Shown piece after piece: positions 1-8,644 of a DNA stretch of 64,000 bases. The number at the start of each line of letters is the position of its first letter. The stretch's first letter is position 1. The DNA is taken from the NCBI GenBank assembly GCA_965227295.1, contig OZ245742.1, positions 3,424,001 to 3,488,000 on the forward strand, read 5' to 3'. The stretch is from Leptonemataceae bacterium (GTDB lineage Bacteria > Spirochaetota > Leptospiria > Leptospirales > Leptonemataceae). The notes under the pieces were generated by a model. It made no database searches, was not told where the DNA came from, and saw only the letters and a list, made by a program, of their open reading frames with translations. The position numbers and the translations under genes are program-made.

Positions 1-695
1 GCGTCCGTGCCGGGGCGAATGAAGATGTGTTCGTCCGCCAGATCCGCCGTTTCGGTGCGCCGGGGGTCCACGGTCAGAAATTTGCCGCCGCGTTCCTGAA
101 TGGCCTTGAGTCGTTTGCGCACGTCGGGCACGGTCATGATGCTGCCGTTGGACGCCAGGGGATTGGCGCCCATGATCAAGAAATACTGCGTGCGATCGAT
201 GTCCGGGACGGGCAGCAGGAACTGGTGGCCGAACATGAAGTAGGCCGCGAAGTGATGCGGAAGCTGGTCCACGGACGTGGCCGAGTAATGGTTCTTCGTA
301 CCGAGTTTGCCGTAGAAGCGCGGTCCGAAGAGCAGGGAGCCGTAGTTGTGGACGTTGGGATTGCCGAGGTAGACACCGACCGCATCGGCGCCGTCGCGTT
401 CTTTGATGCGATGCAGGTTTTCGGCGGTGTAGTTGAGCGCCTCGGCCCAGGAGATCTCTTCGAACTTGCCGTCCGCGTTCCGGCGGACCGGCCGGCGCAG
501 GCGATCGGGGTCGGCGTGCAGGTTCCCCAGCTCGGCGCCTTTGGGACAGATGTGCCCGCGGCTGAAGGGATCGTCGGCGTCGCCCCGGATGCGTGTGATC
601 TTTTCGCCGGCGCCGTTGGCTTCGAGGGTGATCTCCAGGCCGCAGATGGCCTCACACAAATTACAGGCGCGGTACACGGTGCGACTTGTGGACAT
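1..695 (-). CDS. Molybdopterin-dependent oxidoreductase, catalytic subunit (5' part; runs off window)
   Basis: Manual minus-strand translation from ATG 695: MSTSRTVYRACNLCEAICG...RGHICPKG (4Fe-4S motif)...GANPLASNG...DPRRTETA; not in ORF track because it has no stop in the window. Confidence 0.9.
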   Translation of the reverse strand, partial: MSTSRTVYRACNLCEAICGLEITLEANGAGEKITRIRGDADDPFSRGHICPKGAELGNLHADPDRLRRPVRRNADGKFEEISWAEALNYTAENLHRIKERDGADAVGVYLGNPNVHNYGSLLFGPRFYGKLGTKNHYSATSVDQLPHHFAAYFMFGHQFLLPVPDIDRTQYFLIMGANPLASNGSIMTVPDVRKRLKAIQERGGKFLTVDPRRTETADLADEHIFIRPGTD

Positions 696-758
696 GTCCG
701 ATTTTTATACTCACGTAAAGTTTTGTCAAGTACGTGCGCGAAGTACAGGCTTCGCGCC

Positions 759-909
759 AGGGATGCGCAGGGTGGCGCGTAGCGCCAGTCCGGAGCGAAG
801 CGGAGGACCGAAGCGATAGCGGAGCCCGGAGCAGCCCGACCAATTCCGCCCCGCTTGTCGGGGCGGAATTCATGTGTTCCCCCTCACCCGAAGGGGCGGG
901 GCGCCCAAA
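759..909 (+). repeat. Branched palindromic intergenic element, family B, copy 1
   Basis: AGGGATGCGCAGGGT...GTCCGGA-stem-GGAGGAC...GCGGAGCCCGGAGCAGCCCG...CGCCCA shared with 27159-27366 and, inverted, 56717-56832. Confidence 0.85.
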
Positions 910-978
910 AAAGATTTAGCTTCTCACCTTCTTTATTATTCGGTTGCCCCACCGGTATCACCGGCAATCCTGGAACCA

Positions 979-1722
979 ATGTTCGCCAAAATCACCTCGA
1001 TCATCTTCTGGGGCTACATCGGAATCCTGTGCATCGTCTGTTATTTCATCGCCGTGACGATCTGGCTGCTCACCGCGTTATTCGATCGACGCCGTGTCAT
1101 GTTGCACCAGTTCACGTGCTTCTGGGCGAACATGTTCACCTGGCCGAATCCGCACTGGAACGTAACGATCGAAGGCCTGGAACGCGCCGATCGAAAAAAA
1201 GCCTACGTCATCGTGAGCAATCATCTTTCGTTGGTGGACATTCCGGTGATCTTCCGGACCTGGCTGCATTTTAAGTGGGTATCGAAATCAGAGAACTTCA
1301 AGATTCCGTTCGTGGGCTGGAACATGCGCATGAATCGTTACATCGAGTTACGGCGAGGCAGCAATCGCAGCAACGCGCAGATGATCAAGGACTGTGAGGG
1401 CGCCATTGATAGCGGCAGTTCGGTGTTCATTTTTCCGGAAGGCACGCGTTCTAACGACGGCCGCGTGGGCAAGTTTCGTCGCGGCGCATTTGAAATTGCA
1501 AAGCGTACCGGTGCCGCGATTTTGCCGGTGGTCATTGAAGGTTCGGAGCAGGCGTTGCCGAAGAAGGGTCTGATCCTGCGCGGCTTTCATCGCATTAAGG
1601 TGCGCGTGCTGGACGAGATTCTGCCGGAAAGTTTCGCGGATGCGACGGCCGATGAATTAACGGAACGTGTGCGGGAAATCATCGCGGGCGAACACGCGGC
1701 CATGACCGCGGCGCGGGCTTAG
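979..1722 (+). CDS. plsC: Lysophospholipid (1-acyl-G3P) acyltransferase, PlsC family
   Basis: NHLSLVD and FPEGTRS motifs; ATG 979 chosen over the upstream start, which lies in the repeat. Confidence 0.9.
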   Translation: MFAKITSIIFWGYIGILCIVCYFIAVTIWLLTALFDRRRVMLHQFTCFWANMFTWPNPHWNVTIEGLERADRKKAYVIVSNHLSLVDIPVIFRTWLHFKWVSKSENFKIPFVGWNMRMNRYIELRRGSNRSNAQMIKDCEGAIDSGSSVFIFPEGTRSNDGRVGKFRRGAFEIAKRTGAAILPVVIEGSEQALPKKGLILRGFHRIKVRVLDEILPESFADATADELTERVREIIAGEHAAMTAARA

Positions 1723-1746
1723 GTTCGCATCGCCGCGCATCAGAAC

Positions 1747-2003
1747 TCACAACCCGTCCCAGATCCCCCGAATCTTCTCCGGTAACTTCATAGGATCGAC
1801 CGGCTTCGCCACGACCCGCGCGGCTGCCGTGTCGATGTACTCTTTCGCTTCGTGATCCTGGGCGCGCGCCATTAAAAAGATGACGGGGATCTTCGCGATC
1901 CTGTCGTTCTCGCACCGACAGTTCCCAGAGACATGCGCGCGATTTCCCGGAGATCGACCTCGTCCTCGGCGCAAAGAATCCGGTTGAGGCGGCGGCGATC
2001 CAC
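1747..2003 (-). pseudogene. Internally deleted, frameshifted stand-alone response regulator
   Basis: N-terminus (LNRILCAEDEVDLREIARMSLGTVG) and C-terminus (IPVIFLMARAQ...KPVDPMKL) are in different frames; the central phospho-acceptor segment is missing. Confidence 0.75.
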
Positions 2004-2206
2004 TTTGTAAGATGGTCCCGGCCGTCGTAAACCGGCAAGCAACTCCTTTGATCCCCGGCACGATGATTCTGTAGTTTTGCTAATCTTTGCTCACACAATC
2101 TTAACAATCTTACTTTTTTACAATTCCCGGCCTTCGGCGATTTCCGCGGTGGAACTCTTCGATTGTTACTTGCCACGCTCCGGCGCGACGGCTCTGCTGT
2201 CGTCAG

Positions 2207-4129
2207 GTGTCCTCGACCGGTCGCATATCCACCGCCGGGTTCCTGCGCGAACTCATGGGCACCGAGCCCACCCAGCCGATCTTCGATCGCCCGCAAAAGC
2301 TCGTCCTGGAACACGTACAGCAGCGCACACTTTCCGGGAACATTACCTCGCGTCGTCTGGTTTCCGTAGAAGGCTTCGACCTCCAGGCCACCGCGCTGGA
2401 AAGCCTCGATTACCGCGAACTGCTTCAGGAACTCAACGCCGGCCGCTACGTCTTTGTGTTCCCGTCGTACGAGTTCGATCCGGAAGGCGAGGGCGACGCG
2501 GGGCGCCGCCTGCGGGTGGTGCGTTACCTGGCGGCGCGCACAGAGCCGCAGGAACTCCTGCACGCCATCTACAAAGAACTCATGCAGGCCTCGGCCAATA
2601 CGTTGATGCTCTGGTTCGATGACATCAGCGACGCTGACGAATACTTACGCAAGATCCTGGAAAACGAGGACGGCTCCGCGAATCCGCTGCGCTTCGATGC
2701 GAAGGGCCTCATGCGTTATCTCAGTGCGCATGCTTCGTCGAAGTCTCTGTCGCCGCCGGACTGGATGTGCCGTGATTTCATGCTCGGTGTGCGCGACGAG
2801 ATGATGGCGAAGTCCGCGGCCCTGGAACTACCCGGCGGCGCCTTCCTGCCCGTGAACGATCGCTGGATCGTGCCCTACTTCCAGGTATGCGCGAACTTTC
2901 TGCGTAAGAACGCGGATTCCATGATCCGCCTTGCCCCGCGCATTAAACCGGGCCTTGAGAGTCTCAATCGAGCCGAGGCGGAGTATGCGCGCAAACCTTA
3001 CGCCGGGCCGGTTCTGGACTTCGATATTCGGCGTGCGAAATTATGGCAGGATGTGTCAAAAAATGAATCGACCGGGGCCGAGGCGAACCTGCTTTCTCGC
3101 CTGAACCTGGCCGTACAGATTCTTTCGGCTTTCGCGGAGCGGGCGGTGGAACGCCAGAAGAAGGAGTGGCGCGAGTACAGTGCCGGTTTCGTCGGGCGAT
3201 TCCTTGAGGGTCTCAAGAGTCCCGAGGCTTTTCAGGGTGATTGGCGCCGGGCCGTGCGTTTCGTGAATCCCGAGGAACGCCGGAAGATTCATCCGGCGGT
3301 GTGGCCGCTCCTGCGCAATCATCCGGGCCTCATGGACCGCCGCTGGGAGACGAGCGACGGAACCCTCTTTGTCTTTCTCGCCGACGATCCCGGCAGTCTG
3401 CGTTTTCTGGTCGGCTCCCTGGCGGACGACGGCAGCGCTCCCGGCTGGAAGGTCTACGTGATCTTCCAGCTTCTAGAGAACAGCGAGCACCTGGAGTTGC
3501 TGCGCGAGCATCCCTCGTTCGTGCGCGATTTTGCGAGGCTGCGTCGTCGGGCCATGGCGGCTTACGTCAGCGGTCCGTGGCGGTTGTTGCTTTTGATCCC
3601 GCTTCAGTTTCTGCGCGGCTTTCTGTCCGCCATGGCGCAAAACAGGGTAACCCTGGAACAGAAGAAGTTAAAGAAACAAAACCAGGAGGCCCAGTGGTCG
3701 CGCAGCGTGGGGCGCTCCGGCGAAGGCCGTGAGGCTCTCATTCGCCAGACGTTGCAGCACCTGGACCGGGAGTATTTCCAGCGCGGTCGCATTCCCTCGG
3801 TGCGCAGCGTCATGGAGGCTTTGCCCGGACTGCCGGAACTGAACGACATCCCCCTGGATCGTTACATTCATTTGCTCAAGCAGCACAAGTTCGTTCTGGT
3901 TCCGGTAGAGGGGCCGGACGGCATCCGTCGCGCCCCGGAGGCCGTGCTCATGTTTCCCAACGACGCCTCGTACCCGATCTATGCGGGGCGTGTGCGGGCG
4001 CTGGTGGAAAAGATTCTTAAGTCCGAATCCCTTCACGGTACAGACGGCGGTGCCGGCGGCGGCCTTCGTCGCGCGCGCGCCCTGGAAGCACACCTGGGCA
4101 GACCCGCGCAAGAAGTCGCGGCTTCTTAA
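2207..4129 (+). CDS. Hypothetical protein, 640 aa
   Basis: Long ORF with protein-like composition; no recognised motif. Confidence 0.75.
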   Translation: MSSTGRISTAGFLRELMGTEPTQPIFDRPQKLVLEHVQQRTLSGNITSRRLVSVEGFDLQATALESLDYRELLQELNAGRYVFVFPSYEFDPEGEGDAGRRLRVVRYLAARTEPQELLHAIYKELMQASANTLMLWFDDISDADEYLRKILENEDGSANPLRFDAKGLMRYLSAHASSKSLSPPDWMCRDFMLGVRDEMMAKSAALELPGGAFLPVNDRWIVPYFQVCANFLRKNADSMIRLAPRIKPGLESLNRAEAEYARKPYAGPVLDFDIRRAKLWQDVSKNESTGAEANLLSRLNLAVQILSAFAERAVERQKKEWREYSAGFVGRFLEGLKSPEAFQGDWRRAVRFVNPEERRKIHPAVWPLLRNHPGLMDRRWETSDGTLFVFLADDPGSLRFLVGSLADDGSAPGWKVYVIFQLLENSEHLELLREHPSFVRDFARLRRRAMAAYVSGPWRLLLLIPLQFLRGFLSAMAQNRVTLEQKKLKKQNQEAQWSRSVGRSGEGREALIRQTLQHLDREYFQRGRIPSVRSVMEALPGLPELNDIPLDRYIHLLKQHKFVLVPVEGPDGIRRAPEAVLMFPNDASYPIYAGRVRALVEKILKSESLHGTDGGAGGGLRRARALEAHLGRPAQEVAAS

Positions 4130-4160
4130 CCGCGATCGCCGGGAACTTACGCCGACAGGC

Positions 4161-6539
4161 TCACGTTTCCCCGCCCTCCGGCACGTGCTTCAGAATCATA
4201 TCGAGCAGATCGCTCTTTTTCACGGGTTTCGTTAAGTAATCGTCGCAGCCGGCCGCAGCGGCGCGTTCGCGTTCCTCGGGCAGGGCGTGGGCCGTCAGGG
4301 CGACGATGGGCGTTCGGCGGACGTCGTGTTCGGTTTCATAGTCGCGGAAGCGCCGGGTTGTGGACAGACCGTCGAGGACGGGCATTTGCAAATCCATGAA
4401 CACAAGATCAAAGCGGCGACTTTCTTCTATTAAAATGCGCAGGGCATCGGCGCCGTCGAAGGCACTCTCCAGATGCACCGGCGTGCGGCGGAGGTAGGCT
4501 TCGATCAGCAGGCGGTTGTCCGGGTTGTCTTCGACCAGCAGGATGCGGCATTCCGGGATCGTCGCTGCCGGAACGGGGAGGCGTGTGCCGCCGTCCGGCT
4601 CGGTGCGCAGGTCCCGGGTATTCCGAAAACGCGCCGTAAAACGGAAGACCGAACCGCGGCCCTCTTCGCTTTCTAATTTCATCTGACCATTCATTAATCG
4701 TACCAGATGGTTCGAGATGGCCAGTCCGAGGCCGGAACCTCCGTAGCGCCGGGTGACGGAGACGTCAGCCTGCTGGAAGCTTTCGAAAACGGAGCGTTGT
4801 TGTTTCTCCGGAATGCCCGGCCCGGTGTCTGCGACGTGGTACTCCAGTACGCTTGTCTCCTCATCGCTGTCCCCCGGCACCAGTCGCACCCCGGCCTCGA
4901 TGCGGCCGCTTTCGGTAAACTTGACCGCGTTGCCCACTAAGTTTAATAGAATTTGTCTTAATCGCAAGGAGTCGCCCAACAGGCTCCGGGGCAATCCCGG
5001 GGAAACTACGATCCTCAACTGCAGGCCTTTTTCTCTCGCGCGCAGCTCCATGATTTCCGTCACCGCTTCGAGGACGGTGACCGGATCGAAGGGGCTTTCG
5101 TCGAGCACCAGCCGGCCGGCCTCGACGCGACTGAGGTCCAGGATGTCGTCGATGAGGGCGAGCAAGGTGGTGCCGGCCTTTTCCAGGAGGCGCACGTAGC
5201 GTCGGCGTTCTTCTTCCGAGGGAGTCTCGTCCAACAGCGCCGCCGCCCCCAGGATGGCATTCATGGGCGTGCGGATTTCGTGCGACATGTTGGCCAGAAA
5301 CGCGCTTTTGGATCGGCTGGCTTCTTCGGCCTGGCGTCGTGCGGCTTCTAGATTCACGACGGCCTCTTCCAGTTCCCGGGTGCGAGATCGTACCGTGGCT
5401 TCCAGATGATCGCTGTAGCGTCGGCGGACTTCAATGAGTCGATCCGCCAGGGCATAGGATAACGAGAAGCCGCCGGCCAGGACACCGAAGGACATGGCAT
5501 AACGTATGAAAAAGTGATAGGGAACCAGGTCTAACATGAGCAGAACGTAGACTACGGCTCCGGAGAAGGCCGGCAGCCAGGCGAGCAAAAAGATGCGGGC
5601 CGGGCGTTCACGGCGCATGAGAGCCAGGGCCGTGCCGAGGATGACCGCGGTCGCAGCGAGGCCGATCCAGGCAAAGAGACGATTGGCGGTGCGATAATCG
5701 GCCAGGCCGTAGAGGGAGTTCAACACGGTCAGGATCATCATCAACCGGAACAGCAGTTCCAGACGACCGAAACGTTCGGTGCCGAGGTAGTTGCGCGTGA
5801 ATTGTAAGATGAAAACGATCACGCCGCCGGCGAAGACGATTACGGCGTGACCGGACCAAAACGGACTGTGCGGCCAGAGGTAGCGCGAGCTGACGCCTGC
5901 TAACGTTAACTGATATAAAACGAAGCAGAGAATGGTCAGTGCGATCCAGGCGTAGCCCGGATCCCGCAGCAAGCCGAAGATGATCAGGTTGTACACTACG
6001 ATGGCCAAACCCATGCCGCCGATCAAAAGGATGATTCCGCTGACGGCGCTGAGTGCGGCGTGCAGTTCATGGGCAGCCTCGACGTTCAGGCTGAGCCACA
6101 GCGCCGTATCGGAATGTATGCGCAGGTAGTAACGTCCGTCACCCGGCAGTTCGAAGACCGGCTGGATGTACTGGAACTCCCGGTCGGCGCGCGGGGTCAT
6201 GACACCGCCCGGACTCATGCTGTAGCCGCCGTCCGGCCGGGGGCGATAGAGATCGAGTTCGTAGAGCACGGCGTTGCCGACGCGCAGGAAGGCGGCTTCG
6301 TTTTCCGTGCCGCGAATGTCGAAGCGCAGCCAGTAGGCCGACGCGGTGATGCCGAAGTTCAGTCGGTCGATACTGCGGACGGGACGGAACTGTTCGTCGC
6401 GCAGGAGTGCGTCTTCGATACCGAGGTCGGCGGAAGAATCTTCCAGCACCATCACGTCCTGGATGCGGACCTCTGCGAAGAGCGGGGCGGCTCCGAGGCA
6501 TGTGAACAGGACGGCCGCCCTGAATATAAGACGGGCCAT
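4161..6539 (-). CDS. 7TM-DISM hybrid sensor histidine kinase/response regulator
   Basis: Signal peptide, DISMED2-like SAYWLRF, 7 TM segments, SHEIRTPMN H-box, N/G boxes, C-terminal receiver (FMDLQMP). Confidence 0.93.
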   Translation of the reverse strand: MARLIFRAAVLFTCLGAAPLFAEVRIQDVMVLEDSSADLGIEDALLRDEQFRPVRSIDRLNFGITASAYWLRFDIRGTENEAAFLRVGNAVLYELDLYRPRPDGGYSMSPGGVMTPRADREFQYIQPVFELPGDGRYYLRIHSDTALWLSLNVEAAHELHAALSAVSGIILLIGGMGLAIVVYNLIIFGLLRDPGYAWIALTILCFVLYQLTLAGVSSRYLWPHSPFWSGHAVIVFAGGVIVFILQFTRNYLGTERFGRLELLFRLMMILTVLNSLYGLADYRTANRLFAWIGLAATAVILGTALALMRRERPARIFLLAWLPAFSGAVVYVLLMLDLVPYHFFIRYAMSFGVLAGGFSLSYALADRLIEVRRRYSDHLEATVRSRTRELEEAVVNLEAARRQAEEASRSKSAFLANMSHEIRTPMNAILGAAALLDETPSEEERRRYVRLLEKAGTTLLALIDDILDLSRVEAGRLVLDESPFDPVTVLEAVTEIMELRAREKGLQLRIVVSPGLPRSLLGDSLRLRQILLNLVGNAVKFTESGRIEAGVRLVPGDSDEETSVLEYHVADTGPGIPEKQQRSVFESFQQADVSVTRRYGGSGLGLAISNHLVRLMNGQMKLESEEGRGSVFRFTARFRNTRDLRTEPDGGTRLPVPAATIPECRILLVEDNPDNRLLIEAYLRRTPVHLESAFDGADALRILIEESRRFDLVFMDLQMPVLDGLSTTRRFRDYETEHDVRRTPIVALTAHALPEERERAAAAGCDDYLTKPVKKSDLLDMILKHVPEGGET

Positions 6540-6547
6540 ATCGATTG

Positions 6548-7003
6548 TCAGGGAGCCGGATTTTCTTCGACGCGTTGGATGAAGTACTTCGTATCGCCGC
6601 GCCAGGGAAAGGCGTAGTACTTCTCATGATAGTAGAGCTTTACGCGTCGTCCCGAGAGTTGGTCGAGTTGTTCGATGAGTGCCTGGTTGCCCGCGGGCAC
6701 GGTAAAATCCCAGAGCGTGGTGATGCCGCCGTCGGTGCCGCCGCCGCTGATGCCGCCGACGTCGAGCTGGCCCTCCCAGGTCTTAAACACGACGCCCTTG
6801 TAGCTGATCTTGATCAAGCGTCCGCTGCGGCTGCCCTCGCTGTAGTTCGCGGAGTACAGAAACCACATGCTCAGTCCGCCGATGACCACGGCCAGGATCA
6901 CCACCCATTTAACGATGCGTACGGTGGTACGAACCATACTTCGGGCGCCGGACTTCACGCTCGTGCTGATATCCGTCACACGTTTTTGCAGCTCATCCTT
7001 CAT
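6548..7003 (-). CDS. Single-TM conserved hypothetical protein
   Basis: One TM helix followed by YSEGSRSGRLIKISYKGVVFKTWEG. Confidence 0.75.
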   Translation of the reverse strand: MKDELQKRVTDISTSVKSGARSMVRTTVRIVKWVVILAVVIGGLSMWFLYSANYSEGSRSGRLIKISYKGVVFKTWEGQLDVGGISGGGTDGGITTLWDFTVPAGNQALIEQLDQLSGRRVKLYYHEKYYAFPWRGDTKYFIQRVEENPAP

Positions 7004-7069
7004 GGGCAGAGGAGGCCGACGCGCCGTGGGGATGTCAAGTCCTTCGCGCCGTGCTTCGTAGAACCTTCC

Positions 7070-8644
7070 TTATGCGTTCATGTTCGCTTCCAACATGGAC
7101 GGATAGATCCACCAGGGGCGTCGCGTACAGTGCGCGTTCATCCATTGTTGTTCGAGGGAAAGCAGTTCTTCTTCGAACTTACGAAAGGCCTCCCGGCCCC
7201 GTTCGTCGGACGCGAGGTAGCCAAAGTCCTGCACGAGTCGCGTGCGGCGCACGTTCAGATTATAGTTGGCATTCATCAAACGCTGATAAAGATCCGCGGG
7301 AAGGCGGCGGCCGTCTTTGTAAACACGAACCGGCTGGACCTCGGGCCAGGCCTGGTAGTCCCACAGCAGCGTGCCCAATTGCTCATGACCTGTGGTGACG
7401 GTGTATATCAACCCGGCCGCCAGGCGTGAAACGGAAGCTATGCTGATGTGCGCACCGAATTCGCGTTGGATGCCGCCGGGAATCAGTTCGTCGAGTTCCT
7501 TCCACCAGGCAACGACATGTTCATCCGCGGCGAGGCCCGCATCGTCTGCGTAGTGAGCTTTGATGTAACGCTCCGTGTGCCGGTGAAACACATCGAAGAG
7601 CCGGCAATGATTGTCGAGAGAGGGCGTATCGAAGCCGGCCCGGGCGTAGCCGTACGTCTTTGCGTGGGAGCGGGGATCCAGGTTCACGGCGTCGTACGCC
7701 TCATAAAAACTCTCGAAGGCGTCGAGCAGGCCGCGGCGGGTGTACGAAAACATTTCGAAGTCACCGCCGGGATTCATTTGCACGAGGCTCACGTTGCGAT
7801 TGCTGTCGTGGGTGCGATAGATGTGCGGATGAAAGAGAAGGCGCAGCGGATGATCGCAGGGGAGATTGTTGCGCACGCTTACGGCGAAGGGCGCGCCCGC
7901 GGCCAGGTGGACCCAGGCGAAATGACGGAACAGCGAACAGTGGGTTGTGATTGAACACAAGGCCAGGCGCTGGGCGTCTTCCCAATCGGGGTCCGTCGGT
8001 ACAAACGTACGCCCGTCGGAAGTTTCGATGCCGGCCACCGTCAACCGGTCCAGCGAATGATCCACCAGGAACTGAACCCGCACGCCCAGGTTCACCAGGT
8101 CGTCCCGGTGTTCGAAGCGAGCCATGTCGCGCAGATCCCACTCGAACGTGCCGTCGCCGACGGCGCGGAGATAATTGAAGTACGGGCCGCGCACGGCGAG
8201 TTCGGCGAGGCGTTGCTTGTGATGCAGTCGTCCGTAGAGTTCCGGGAAACGCGGGGCGCGGAAGCGGCGTCGATCGGCGTCATAGGCCTTGCGCAGGGCG
8301 CGGTCCGGATCGTCGTCCATGGCCGCCGTGCCCGGGATCACCGGCGGCAGCACGCGTTGCAGCCAGGCCTGGAGGCAATGGAACCACCAGAACAACGGCA
8401 ACGGGATGCGCCCGAAGCGCAGCTCGTCCGCCGGAACATGGTCTTCGACTTTGACGGACCGGAGCGGGATTTTCGGAAAGACCTCGCCCATGGGTACCAT
8501 ACGAATGCGACGTTCGTAGCGCCGGGGCGCCTGAATGATCTTCGGTTTGGCCACGCGATACTTGAAGATCGCCAGCGCGTTCCAGAAATGTGTTATGATG
8601 TAACGTTTGATGCTTGTGCGTTTTGGTTTTGATGTGAGGGTCAT
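7070..8644 (-). CDS. Lipoxygenase-family protein (atypical)
   Basis: RHFAWVH, HPLRLLFHPH, DDAGLAADEHVVAWWKEL and TGHEQLG match LOX helices; ATG 8644 overlaps the upstream stop (ATGA). Confidence 0.8.
   Translation of the reverse strand: MTLTSKPKRTSIKRYIITHFWNALAIFKYRVAKPKIIQAPRRYERRIRMVPMGEVFPKIPLRSVKVEDHVPADELRFGRIPLPLFWWFHCLQAWLQRVLPPVIPGTAAMDDDPDRALRKAYDADRRRFRAPRFPELYGRLHHKQRLAELAVRGPYFNYLRAVGDGTFEWDLRDMARFEHRDDLVNLGVRVQFLVDHSLDRLTVAGIETSDGRTFVPTDPDWEDAQRLALCSITTHCSLFRHFAWVHLAAGAPFAVSVRNNLPCDHPLRLLFHPHIYRTHDSNRNVSLVQMNPGGDFEMFSYTRRGLLDAFESFYEAYDAVNLDPRSHAKTYGYARAGFDTPSLDNHCRLFDVFHRHTERYIKAHYADDAGLAADEHVVAWWKELDELIPGGIQREFGAHISIASVSRLAAGLIYTVTTGHEQLGTLLWDYQAWPEVQPVRVYKDGRRLPADLYQRLMNANYNLNVRRTRLVQDFGYLASDERGREAFRKFEEELLSLEQQWMNAHCTRRPWWIYPSMLEANMNA

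Noticed and set aside
27..782. 251-aa plus-strand ORF and many similar shadow ORFs
   Set aside because: Antisense shadows of real genes in high-GC DNA; the true gene here is the minus-strand molybdopterin oxidoreductase
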